Source: Hirschia litorea
GTDB taxonomy: Bacteria; Pseudomonadota; Alphaproteobacteria; Caulobacterales; Hyphomonadaceae
Direction: 5' to 3'
Assembly: GCF_042665075.1 (NCBI RefSeq)
Contig: NZ_JBHTBR010000002.1
Location: forward strand, 1,288,987 to 1,328,986
Length of the DNA: 40,000 nucleotides
The notes beneath the pieces are model-generated. The model was given only the letters and a program-made list of their open reading frames with translations. It was not told the origin of the DNA and searched no databases. A program made the position numbers and the translations under genes. Positions 26,401 to 34,116 of this stretch are shown here, piece after piece (within the stretch, counting starts at the first letter, position 1; each line of letters begins with the position of its first letter).

Positions 26401-27799
26401 GGCGAGCGAGTCTGTCTAGCTCTGATCGACTTGAAGGAAGGTCAGGGTCTGCTTCTGCTCGTTTAAATACAGCTTCAACCGCTATATTAATAGCTCCATC
26501 CAGGCCGCCAAGTCCTTCATTATATTTGATAAGTTCCAGAAGATTATTATCCACATATTCTTCAGTCAGTCTCTCAAGCGTGAAGGCCAATAAAGGCAGA
26601 GCATCAGCCGTATCAAGATCTTTTATAAGCTTTTCAGTAAGTGCCGGTTCAATCTTTAATGGTTTTTTTGAAAGCCCCGCGGGTCCTTCAATCACTTCTT
26701 TGAAGGCTTGAGGTGGAAGTGGAGGAAGATTAAACAACTCTAATTGACGTGCCAGATGTTCATGTTTCTGAAGTAAACTGAGACTATCTGAACGGATAGT
26801 GGCAATGACAACTAGGTTCGTGACCCTTGTAAGGCAATGCGTCAATAAATTTATCGCATCCTTACCTGAATGATTGTCCACTGAGAAAAGCTCTTCAGCC
26901 TGATCTATGGGAAGAACAATTGTGGGAGCACGCAGTGTTTGGGTTTCGCCCGCAGCCTTTGCAAGTCGCTCCAAGTGTCGGACACGCTGAGCTGCTATGT
27001 CATTTAAAGATTTTATACTCCGTTCTATAATTTGATTTGATCCTGCTTCCTCTATATTGACAGAGATTGCCTTTAACACCCCTGTTTCACCCGACATTGC
27101 ATCTTGTCTCGGGCGAAAAATCGGGAGGGTGATGAAATTTTCTGTGTCCCGCTGCAAGCGAGACAATAGTCCCGCTTTTAAAAAACTGGACTTACCGGCT
27201 CCGGAAGCCGCAGCTATGGTCAAAATACGCCTCGGTAATCCGCCCCGCATTTGACGTAATTTATCTAAACCCGCTATGATATGCGAATCCCGACCAAAAT
27301 ATATAGCCGCATCTTGCTGTTCAAGTGACCGCAAGCCGCGATAAGGCTTGCGGTCAGGCTCATTTTCCGGAGGCCACATGAAGTGTTTTGGTGATATCTG
27401 CGCTCGTGTGAGCCCGAGCCTCAAATTTTCCAATCCGCTTTCACGGGCATTTAAGGTGGAAATATCTGCAAATTGAATGGAAGCAACAAAATCAGGAATA
27501 GAGGTCGCGAGCGGTTTGATAATGACAGGAAAAATAGGTTTTCCTGATGATTCAGCATGATTGAATTCACGGAGGCATTCGGGTGAACCAATCCAGTTAT
27601 CAGATAGACACACTACCACAGCCTGACAATTATGTCCTACAAAATTGAGACGCTCACGCCATCTATCCCCAGAAACAAATTCGGAAAGATCGATAAAGAT
27701 TTGGGAAGGAGCCCACCCGCCAGATTCAATCAGCCAGTGTCTAAGTGCTTTGGCCTCCGAATTGTCTTCATTCGAATGACTAATAAAAATCTCACTCAT
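23357..27799 (-). CDS. TIR - nSTAND-type P-loop NTPase - transmembrane helix - 16x WD40 repeat protein
   Basis: The TIR-like N-terminus reads IFISHSNEDNSEAKAL. It is followed by the nSTAND1-like hallmark KPYRGLRSLEQQDAAIYFGRD and Walker A AAASGAGKSS (about 27188-27214). One hydrophobic helix follows (FTLATISIAFLGLLWGGW, about 25832-25888), then 16 units of about 42 aa (..DGTRILTWS.DNTARIWD..TGQQIGP.LKHED.I.GA.F). The ATG at 27799 is preceded by GAGGA; a GTG alternative lies at 27817. Confidence 0.9.
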   Translation of the reverse strand: MSEIFISHSNEDNSEAKALRHWLIESGGWAPSQIFIDLSEFVSGDRWRERLNFVGHNCQAVVVCLSDNWIGSPECLREFNHAESSGKPIFPVIIKPLATSIPDFVASIQFADISTLNARESGLENLRLGLTRAQISPKHFMWPPENEPDRKPYRGLRSLEQQDAAIYFGRDSHIIAGLDKLRQMRGGLPRRILTIAAASGAGKSSFLKAGLLSRLQRDTENFITLPIFRPRQDAMSGETGVLKAISVNIEEAGSNQIIERSIKSLNDIAAQRVRHLERLAKAAGETQTLRAPTIVLPIDQAEELFSVDNHSGKDAINLLTHCLTRVTNLVVIATIRSDSLSLLQKHEHLARQLELFNLPPLPPQAFKEVIEGPAGLSKKPLKIEPALTEKLIKDLDTADALPLLAFTLERLTEEYVDNNLLELIKYNEGLGGLDGAINIAVEAVFKRAEADPDLPSSRSELDRLARQIFIPWLVQLDEANSSPMRRVSFLSSLPIHLHKLVAHFVDERLLVQSIVKAESCIEVSHEAVLRHWHGLSAWIGEERFQLEHLHQVQQAAKLWRKQQTQEIEHKSDLLVHSGERLTQALDLLKRADLKSLIGPVGEVYLNACHTHQETIKHKEEEQIRKAEEKEKQRIFWQRFTLATISIAFLGLLWGGWQTIRKIRNDARIESLITASVAGQYEDEGDYLRASKLVILGAQDTLLSPASKEAFSRFRSNAQKFSNHTLSIKHEGHVYGAVLSKDGTRILTWNRDNTARLWDAQSGHQIGSPLKHVDYVNNSLFSGGVQIIGASFIEDETRILTWSNDSIARVWDTQTKQQIGPTLQYEENVNDALFSEDGTRILTWKNDSTAGIYDVQTGQHIGPALQYENEIKGAVFNKGKTRVLTWGDDDAARIWDVYTGQQIGPVLKHEDWVSGATFSKDGTRILTWSGDNTTRLWDTQTGQQIGPTMEHTSKVEGAILNKDGTYIFTITINATLRFDAQTGREVWPALIHNDNINGASLNADETRILTWGDDDTARIWDAQTGKQIGPTLKHEDWVSSATFSKDGTRILTLSGGDTVRIWNVQNERVLKHEDWIKGVSFNEDETRILTWGDDDTARIWDTHTGLQVGTSLKHEDGINGAVFYKGETRVLTLSGNNTVRTWDVQSGQQIGSFTLKHVGETDDVVFSQNRTRVITWSWDNTARIWDVYTGQQIGTVLKHEDGINGAVLSKDGTRILTWSWDNTARIWGVYTGQQIGPALKHEDHINGASFNEDETLILTWGDDHAARIWDTHTGLQVGTSLKHEDGINGAVFNKGETRVLTWGNDHAARIWDIRTGLQVGASLKHEDEINGAVFNRDGTSILTWSNDNSARIWDTQTGLQVGSALQHGNWVSGAVFSKDETHILTWSWDNTVRIWDITWTGLIKPQKDDFDRFCNSHLIASLEQDKNGKETPYIRLIDQNMIDKASILRGRLGEDVCDIKAPPFYESPLRPIFDWIFQDGD
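23606..25625 (-). repeat. Tandem array of about 126-bp coding repeats (16 WD40 units) with high internal DNA identity
   Basis: The periodic recurrence of ..CCCATATCCGCGC.. and CCATGTGAGGATGCGTGT.. is visible by eye. The block 23901-24070 matches 24408-24577 with about 7 mismatches in about 170 bp. Confidence 0.85.
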
Positions 27800-28183
27800 G
27801 ATCGTCCTCACAATCACTTATACTAGCTTTCAGAAGATATCAGGCAAATAATGAAGCGCAAAGTTCAATTATTATGGAGAAAGTGGGGTAAGTTATAAAA
27901 TTAACGTTTGGACATAAAAATAGACCCAATGGAATATGCTTACGAACGGACTAAGGTACAGTTAGCTTTTTTATAATGTACTTCCAATCAGCAAAGCCAT
28001 TAAGCAGTTTGATAATACTTCTTGGGTCTTTCCTGTCAGAGTTTTTAACTATATTTCAAATGTTACCACAGAGGTAAGTGCTCGCAAATGCTGTGCTGCT
28101 CATCAATCCGTTTGAGGTATTTTTATTCCGTGGTGAAAAATAATAAGGTCACCATCAGTATGGGAAGTAGTGTATGACTAATG

Positions 28184-28207
28184 AATTTCGGATATCACTA
28201 TACCCCC
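28184..28207. repeat. Right terminal inverted repeat (AATTTCGGATATCACTATACCCCC)
   Basis: Reverse complement of the left TIR. The core 28190-28206 is a perfect match to 14323-14339. Confidence 0.8.
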
Positions 28208-28221
28208 CCCGCGAAGGCGGG
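28208..28221. repeat. Right copy of 14-bp direct repeat CCCGCGAAGGCGGG
   Basis: Identical to 14309-14322 and directly abuts the right TIR. Confidence 0.8.
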
Positions 28222-28601
28222 AACCCAGCCCAAACAATATAGACGGGCAAAGCCCGCCACATTCAATTGTCTGGATACCAGATCAAGTCTGGGAAAACGA
28301 GCTGAAAGGATATTTAAAAAACAGCAAACGCCGCCCCCGCAACCAAACCAGAGGAAAGCAAATCACTCTCCCAACCGCCTCCCCAACGAAAGTTGGGGTC
28401 CAGCACGGAGGTTCAATTTAAACAGATGGAAAGAATTTATTCCTGATTAGTAGATTTTTATCAAATTAGAACGTATATTAATTATTGTGCTGACGGAGAG
28501 GTAATGTTTGGACTAAAACCCCTCCGTCAGACACGGGCCTCACCTCGTAATGTACTGCTTCCTTCTGGAAGGGAAGCTTGAGGCAACTTTAGAGGGGTAT
28601 C

Positions 28602-28994
28602 TTACTTTGGTTTCCATCGTCCTGTGGAATCATCAAAGCTAATTAGCCCTTCTTTTTTGAATCTTGATAGATGACTACTCAGTGTCCCTATTTTCAGCCC
28701 ATTGATCTGTTTTTCGATAAACTCAAACAACTCAGTCAAACTGTAACCATCAAGGCGTTGAGCCGATTCTTTCGTACTAAGATCTCGAGAAGTATTCAAT
28801 CGCTCTAAAACTTCTCCCAACAAATAAAACTTCAATACATTTCGCTTATTGATAGTGCTGTTGAGTGAGAACAACTGATTTTCTTCAACATGTTCTTTAA
28901 TTTTCTTCAGCTGTATTACGTACCTTTCTAAATCATATATTTCCATCTCAGTAGATCGAATTTCATCTTCTAATTTTTGAAAACTATTCTGCAT
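28602..28994 (-). CDS. Hypothetical protein (130 aa): N-terminal coiled coil plus possible winged-helix C-terminus
   Basis: An AT-rich ORF outside the TIRs. Its composition is unlike the flanking core genes. The C-terminus (LKIGTLSSHLSRFKKEGLISFDD) resembles a wHTH recognition helix and wing. Confidence 0.4.
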   Translation of the reverse strand: MQNSFQKLEDEIRSTEMEIYDLERYVIQLKKIKEHVEENQLFSLNSTINKRNVLKFYLLGEVLERLNTSRDLSTKESAQRLDGYSLTELFEFIEKQINGLKIGTLSSHLSRFKKEGLISFDDSTGRWKPK

Positions 28995-29112
28995 AAGTAT
29001 CTATATAACGCACTAAACGCGCCACTGCAATAGCTATCATTGCAGCAGAACCACACCTTAAAATATGAAAAACTGTTTAAAATCAGCTACATAGAAAAAA
29101 GCTATGAGCGAC

Positions 29113-29146
29113 AATATAATATATGGATTCATCCATATATTATATT
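29113..29146. promoter_or_regulatory. Perfect 34-bp palindrome (16-bp arms, 2-nt spacer) AATATAATATATGGAT-TC-ATCCATATATTATATT
   Basis: The arms 29113-29128 and 29131-29146 are exact reverse complements. The palindrome lies about 120 bp upstream of the 28994 start and about 45 bp downstream of the recQ stop. Confidence 0.4.
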
Positions 29147-29189
29147 GAAATAAATGTCAACTTTTTTGATAAACCTGACGAATTACCCC

Positions 29190-31079
29190 CTAACCCCGTA
29201 TCGCCTCTTCGACGATGCGGGCTACGTCATCGACATAGCGTTCGGCTTTTTTCTCGCCGACGCCGGCAATGCGTAAAAGGTCATATTTGCTGAGGGGTTT
29301 TGCAATGGCGATTTCGCGCAGGGTTTTGTCGTTGAAAATAACATAAGGCGGCACGCCCGTATCGCTGGCTAATTCGCGTCGCCAATCGCGCAAATCCTCA
29401 AACAGATCGACTTGATCCGTGCTGAGGCCATCGCGGATATTGGTGCCGCTGGATTTGGTTTTCTCGCGCTTGCGGATTTTGGTCGGGTCTTCGCGCATGG
29501 CAATCGTCACATCGCCGCCAAACAGCGCCAGCGTCATCTCTTTATCGGGCGCATACAGCGTGGGACGATTATCATTATCATCTTCCGCCAAATATCCATC
29601 AAAAAGCAATTGATCTATCACCGAGCGCCACCCCACAGGGCCAAGCTCTGATCCCACGCCATATGTGGTGAGCTGCGACATGTCCTCGTCAATCTGATCT
29701 TTCGCATCACCGCGCAAATGCGTCACCACACGCCCGCGTCCATAGCGCTGGCCCGTGCGCAAAACCGCAGACACCACCATTTGCGCCCAGCGTGTCGCAT
29801 CATAGCCTTCACTTCGCGGACTACGGCAATTATCACACTCGCCGCACTCTTTCACATCCTGCTCGGCAAAATAGCGGCGCACCCCTGCCCGCCGACATGC
29901 CATCCCGTCCAGAAACCCAAACAACTGACGCGTCTTGCGAATCTGCACTTGGCGCACATCTTCCACAGCGTCCGATTGCTCTGCCCAGCGCACCAGCTTG
30001 CGCATGTCAGACGGCGAATACAAACAATATCCCTCTGCCGTTTCACCATCACGCCCGCCGCGCCCCACTTCCTGCCAATAGGCTTCGATGGATTTGGGCG
30101 GGTCCGCATGCACAACAAAGCGCACATCTGGCTTATCCACGCCCATGCCAAATGCCACCGTCGCACACATCACAAGATTATCTTCCAACAGGAAACGGCG
30201 CTGTCGCTTCTCGCGTATCTCTGCATCCAACCCCGCATGATAAGCCAAAGCAGGAATACCCGCCTTCTCTAAAGCTTGGGCAATGCGCTCTGTACCATCA
30301 CGCGATCCGGTATAAACAATGCCAGACTTACCCGCCTGTGCCTTCACCAGCTGTATAACGCGATCTGTGCCTTTGCCGTCTTTACGTTCAGCATGGAGGA
30401 TTAAGTTTGGACGATCAAAACTATCAACAATCTCAGCTGCTGTTTCTAGGCGCAATTGTGTTTTTATATCTTGGCGCGTACGCGGGTCTGCTGTCGCTGT
30501 CACCGCTATACGTGGCACATTGGGGAACAAGTCTTTCAACTCTCCCAACGCCCGATAGTCAGGCCGGAAGTCATGTCCCCATTGGCTCACACAGTGGGCT
30601 TCATCCACAGCTATCAGTGAGAGATCCAATGTCTGCAAACGCGCTCGCAAGCCATTGCTCATCAAACCTTCGGGCGAAACATAAAGCAAATCCATCTGCC
30701 CATTGGCTGCTTTATCCAACGCGATCATGCGATCTTCAAAGTCCATCGAAGAATCGAGCCGCTCTGCACGCACGCCCGCTTCACGCAGCGCGTCCACCTG
30801 ATCCGCCATTAGCGCAATCAAGGGCGATACGACCAGCCCAACACCCTCGCGCACCAATGCTGGGATTTGATAGCAAAGAGACTTCCCGCCGCCTGTGGGC
30901 AATATCGCCACCACATCTTCGCCTGCAAGCACGTGCGAAATCACGTCCGCCTGCAAACCGCGAAACGCACCATAGCCGTAAACCTGACGCAGCACGCGCT
31001 GCGCAGCTTCCATATTGGACGCTAACGTATCTGTTTCAGCTTGAATGAAAGGTTTGGCCTGCGCCGACTCACTAGACAT
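29190..31079 (-). CDS. recQ: ATP-dependent DNA helicase RecQ
   Basis: Motifs present: FRGLQADVI, Walker [20 protein letters not shown] box ([19 protein letters not shown]), the zinc-binding cysteines CGECDNC and a C-terminal HRDC-like region. Confidence 0.95.
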   Translation of the reverse strand: MSSESAQAKPFIQAETDTLASNMEAAQRVLRQVYGYGAFRGLQADVISHVLAGEDVVAILPTGGGKSLCYQIPALVREGVGLVVSPLIALMADQVDALREAGVRAERLDSSMDFEDRMIALDKAANGQMDLLYVSPEGLMSNGLRARLQTLDLSLIAVDEAHCVSQWGHDFRPDYRALGELKDLFPNVPRIAVTATADPRTRQDIKTQLRLETAAEIVDSFDRPNLILHAERKDGKGTDRVIQLVKAQAGKSGIVYTGSRDGTERIAQALEKAGIPALAYHAGLDAEIREKRQRRFLLEDNLVMCATVAFGMGVDKPDVRFVVHADPPKSIEAYWQEVGRGGRDGETAEGYCLYSPSDMRKLVRWAEQSDAVEDVRQVQIRKTRQLFGFLDGMACRRAGVRRYFAEQDVKECGECDNCRSPRSEGYDATRWAQMVVSAVLRTGQRYGRGRVVTHLRGDAKDQIDEDMSQLTTYGVGSELGPVGWRSVIDQLLFDGYLAEDDNDNRPTLYAPDKEMTLALFGGDVTIAMREDPTKIRKREKTKSSGTNIRDGLSTDQVDLFEDLRDWRRELASDTGVPPYVIFNDKTLREIAIAKPLSKYDLLRIAGVGEKKAERYVDDVARIVEEAIRG

Positions 31080-31474
31080 CGCGTGAACCTACATCGCTCT
31101 TTTATGCATGGCGACAACACTTTCACGGAAAGTTCAAATAAAAGCACTTTTACAACGAAAACATATATGTTACACATGTAACAAGTCAGTTTATCTCGAA
31201 CGAAACTGCCTCAAACAGTGGACCAAAATCGAAAAGGAAACTTTTTTATCGGCAAAAACTCTAATTTTTCCAAATGATTAAGTCCATTCAAGACGCATTG
31301 CCACAAAAATTCCTTATTGTTTTACTTGCAATGTTTATTGAAAAACGATAATCATTAATCGTCTTTCGAGATGACCCCCGAGAAAGACACCGTGTATAAG
31401 CGGAGTAGCTTGCCCAGCTACTCCGTGCCCCCAAAGAAAATAAAAACATTGATTTAACCCCAAGGAACAGCCCA

Positions 31475-31813
31475 ATGAAAAATCTTACTTCAACAATCAC
31501 AGCCGCAGCTTTCATCGCAACTTCAGTCGCAGTTATCGGCCTCACAGCGCCAATCGCATCTGCACAAGATGCAGTCGCTTTTGAGTTCAACTACAGTGTA
31601 GATGAATTGCAGACAGAAGCTGGCACGCAGCAAGTTCTTGACCGCCTAGAAACAAGCGCAAAAAGAGCATGTGACACAGGCAATAGACGCCTCACTCTTT
31701 CCGACATGCGCGTTAAAAATGCATGTGTGTCGACTGTCATGCACAATGCCATGGAAGAGATTTCAGCACCCGCGCTTATTGCTCAGTATAAAGCAGCCCA
31801 CAAAACTGGGTAA
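31475..31813 (+). CDS. UrcA-family secreted protein
   Basis: It has a signal peptide and the small two-Cys pattern (..RLETSAKRAC..VKNACV..) typical of alphaproteobacterial UrcA proteins, as recalled from memory. Confidence 0.65.
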   Translation: MKNLTSTITAAAFIATSVAVIGLTAPIASAQDAVAFEFNYSVDELQTEAGTQQVLDRLETSAKRACDTGNRRLTLSDMRVKNACVSTVMHNAMEEISAPALIAQYKAAHKTG

Positions 31814-31874
31814 TGCGCTTTACACAATTGCCTGATACCCCCGCTTACCCCCTATGCGGTCAGGTAATTTTAAG

Positions 31875-31905
31875 GACCGGAGTCACCCATAGCTCCGGTC
31901 TTTTT
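31875..31905 (+). terminator. Rho-independent terminator
   Basis: GACCGGAG-N10-CTCCGGTC (31875-31882 / 31893-31900) is followed by TTTTT. Confidence 0.8.
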
Positions 31906-31935
31906 CATCTCATTCGTAGAAATACCGCGTGTCTA

Positions 31936-32841
31936 TCAGTCAACAATATTGCTTAATGCACGAAACATATAGACATGCCGCACAACAACGTCCTCAGCAT
32001 TTGCGCTATATCCCCCGCCCAAAACACCAACAATCGGCACGCTCATTTGTTTACATGTCTGCGCCACAAAATTATCGCGCGCCTGCAAACCCTCATCCGT
32101 CAATTCCAACAAGCCCAGCCGGTCATCCTTGTGGGGATCAACCCCCGCATTATAAAACACGATATCGGGATTAACACGCTCAATCAGCTCTCCAAGTACC
32201 TGCTCCAGCGTCTCCATATACATGTGATCGCTTGTCCCTTTGGGTAGCCCAATATCATAATCTGAAGGTGGTTTCTCGCGTGGCCAATTATCTTCACAAT
32301 GCATTGAAAAAGTGAATACACGTCGATCATCTGCAAAAATACGTGCACTTCCATCACCATGATGCACATCTAAATCTATTATTAGAACTCGCTTCACCAA
32401 ACCTTCAGCCAGCAAATTGCGCGCAGCAACCGCCACATCATTAAACACGCAAAACCCGGCTCCATAATCAAATGCGGCATGGTGAGACCCGCCCGCCGTA
32501 TTACCGGCCGCGCCATGTTGTAATGCCAGCCGCCCCGCCATCAACGTTCCCGCAGCTGATGCGCGTGCACGGTTTGACACATGAATTGTCCATTCAAACC
32601 CTAATTTACGCTGGGCAGCACGATCCAAATGCCCATTGAGCACAGCATCCACATAATCCGCGCTATGTGCCCGCTCCAACTCTTCAACGCTCGCAAGTTC
32701 TGGTGCATAAAAACTTGTGGCGTACACAAGTCTCTCCTGCATTAGTTGAAGCGGCAGAAGAGAATACTTACGCATAGGGAAACGATGCCCATCAGGCACA
32801 GAAGATGCGTCATATAAAGGATGGTGAACAATAGGCAGCAT
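31936..32841 (-). CDS. Histone deacetylase-family (acetoin utilisation/acetylpolyamine amidohydrolase-like) protein
   Basis: It has the GGSHHAAFDYGAGFCVFNDVAVAA and IIDLDVHHGDG catalytic/zinc motifs. Confidence 0.9.
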   Translation of the reverse strand: MLPIVHHPLYDASSVPDGHRFPMRKYSLLPLQLMQERLVYATSFYAPELASVEELERAHSADYVDAVLNGHLDRAAQRKLGFEWTIHVSNRARASAAGTLMAGRLALQHGAAGNTAGGSHHAAFDYGAGFCVFNDVAVAARNLLAEGLVKRVLIIDLDVHHGDGSARIFADDRRVFTFSMHCEDNWPREKPPSDYDIGLPKGTSDHMYMETLEQVLGELIERVNPDIVFYNAGVDPHKDDRLGLLELTDEGLQARDNFVAQTCKQMSVPIVGVLGGGYSANAEDVVVRHVYMFRALSNIVD

Positions 32842-32891
32842 TAGCCGAACCTAGCGCTTTCGCATTTAATTGCAAACGATTCTCACACAAC

Positions 32892-32923
32892 AAAAAAGCC
32901 CCGCATATGTGAATACGCAGGGC
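32892..32923 (-). terminator. Rho-independent terminator downstream of the MlaC-like gene
   Basis: On the minus strand, GCCCTGC-N12-GCGGGGC (one G-U pair) is followed by TTTTTT, seen as the plus-strand A-run 32892-32897. Confidence 0.7.
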
Positions 32924-32965
32924 CTTTCATTCAAAGCGCGGGGAAATCGCTTTGCAGGGGGGACG

Positions 32966-33601
32966 TTATTTCTTAGCAGATATTTTGGCGATCAATGCGT
33001 CAACATCTCCACCAGTTTTATCTAGCACTGCTGTAAATTGTGCGCGTTGCTCAATAGCAAACCAAAAGCCTAAAGCTTCGACATCTACAACATTCCATTG
33101 GCTGTCATTCTTCATTAGGCGCCAGTTCACAGCTTGAATTTCGCCAGTTGCTGTTTTAATTTCAGTCTTCACAACAGCATCATCTGGCTTGCGATTAATT
33201 GTTTCAATCACTTTCAAATCTGCACCCTTAAAATCAGCGAGGTGAGTTTGAAATTGATGAGATGCATATTTCTCAAATGCAGCGGTAAAGCGGGTGATAT
33301 CGGCTTCATCCAATGTGCGCCCATAGCGACCAAGCGTGAATTTAGCTACCCGCTCAACATCCAAGAAGCCAAGTAGATCTTGAGCTTCACTTTCACTCAA
33401 AGCACCATCGCTCAAATATTTAATCGCCGATTGGCCAGCTTCAGTCACAACTTGACTTGCATCAGAACGGTCTACATTTGCGCTTGCAGCACCTGCTGCT
33501 GCACTCGCTTTTAACATTGTAGCTTGCTGAGATTCAGCCACAGCCAAAGGTGCACTTAAAAGCAATACACTCGATAAAATCAGTTTCTTCATTTTAAACA
33601 T
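32966..33601 (-). CDS. MlaC/Ttg2D-family periplasmic lipid-binding protein
   Basis: Signal peptide. The FTLGRYGRTL..F..AFEKY......F........V block and overall size match the toluene-tolerance Ttg2D/MlaC family. Confidence 0.7.
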   Translation of the reverse strand: MFKMKKLILSSVLLLSAPLAVAESQQATMLKASAAAGAASANVDRSDASQVVTEAGQSAIKYLSDGALSESEAQDLLGFLDVERVAKFTLGRYGRTLDEADITRFTAAFEKYASHQFQTHLADFKGADLKVIETINRKPDDAVVKTEIKTATGEIQAVNWRLMKNDSQWNVVDVEALGFWFAIEQRAQFTAVLDKTGGDVDALIAKISAKK

Positions 33602-34116
33602 CCTCGGCGCGAAAATTGGGAGGCGCCTAACCGTTCTTGTTTGTTATTGTTGAGTGGAAATATGAGTGATTGTGTCGATTACAAGACAATCTCTTTCACG
33701 TCCCTCTCTCTTTTTATTCAACTAATTGTGAGCTTCCCTTACACAACGTCCTCGTGTGCGATTTAGTTCCATGATTAACTTTTGGAAGTTTGCAGCGTTT
33801 ATCCACTCGCATGCATATTCACATCTCTATATTTATAAAATTTGGCGCGAGACCTCACATTTCTAGCCTCCCACTCAGGCAGCTAAAACACTTCTAAAAT
33901 TTTGATTTTATTATATTTTAATTTTCCGAACACAAGACCAAAAACACTTCATGCAGAAGCGCTCAATCTCTCATCTCTAAGAACACACTAGCCTATCGCA
34001 CGCGGCGATTATAGTTAAAATTTTGTTGGTTTTGTTAACCAAGTGCCTTTTTATCAGACTCAAGCTATCAACACACACGCCCAAACATCGCCCTTTAGAA
34101 AAAAGCCAAATCCTTT

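Larger units (their letters stand above)
14323..28207. mobile_element. Casposon-like element (Cas1 + family B DNA polymerase + HNH) carrying SIR2-HerA and a TIR-nSTAND-WD40 gene
   Basis: TIRs plus a 14-bp flanking duplication. The element contains a solo Cas1 with intact catalytic motifs, a PolB with ExoI-III and motifs A/B/C, and an HNH nuclease. It has no tyrosine, serine or DDE transposase-like ORF, no Cas2 and no CRISPR array. It is inserted between conserved-looking core genes. Confidence 0.75.

Noticed and set aside
14323-28207. Interpretation of the island as a prophage, ICE or pipolin
   Set aside because: No tyrosine or serine recombinase, capsid, terminase, or conjugation genes are present. 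Pipolins pair their PolB with a tyrosine recombinase and tRNA-derived direct repeats, and as far as I recall their PolB lacks a standard KxY motif. Here a KRY motif, a Cas1, TIRs and a 14-bp duplication are present instead.
28395-28425. Possible tRNA T-arm-like string GGAGGTTCAATTT near the right flank (casposons often insert next to tRNA genes)
   Set aside because: There is no complementary T-stem strand, acceptor stem or anticodon arm around it, so it is not a tRNA.
28181-28450. 89-aa plus-strand ORF (MNFGYHYTPPAKAGTQPKQ...)
   Set aside because: It starts inside the right TIR and reads through the duplication copy and the GC hairpins. It has a low-complexity Pro/Lys/Gln-rich translation and no ribosome-binding site.
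29412-31048. Several plus-strand ORFs of 64-213 aa (e.g. 29718..30272, 29792..30358, 30407..31048)
   Set aside because: They are antisense to the unambiguous recQ gene. Their His/Arg/Pro-rich translations are typical of GC-rich antisense frames.
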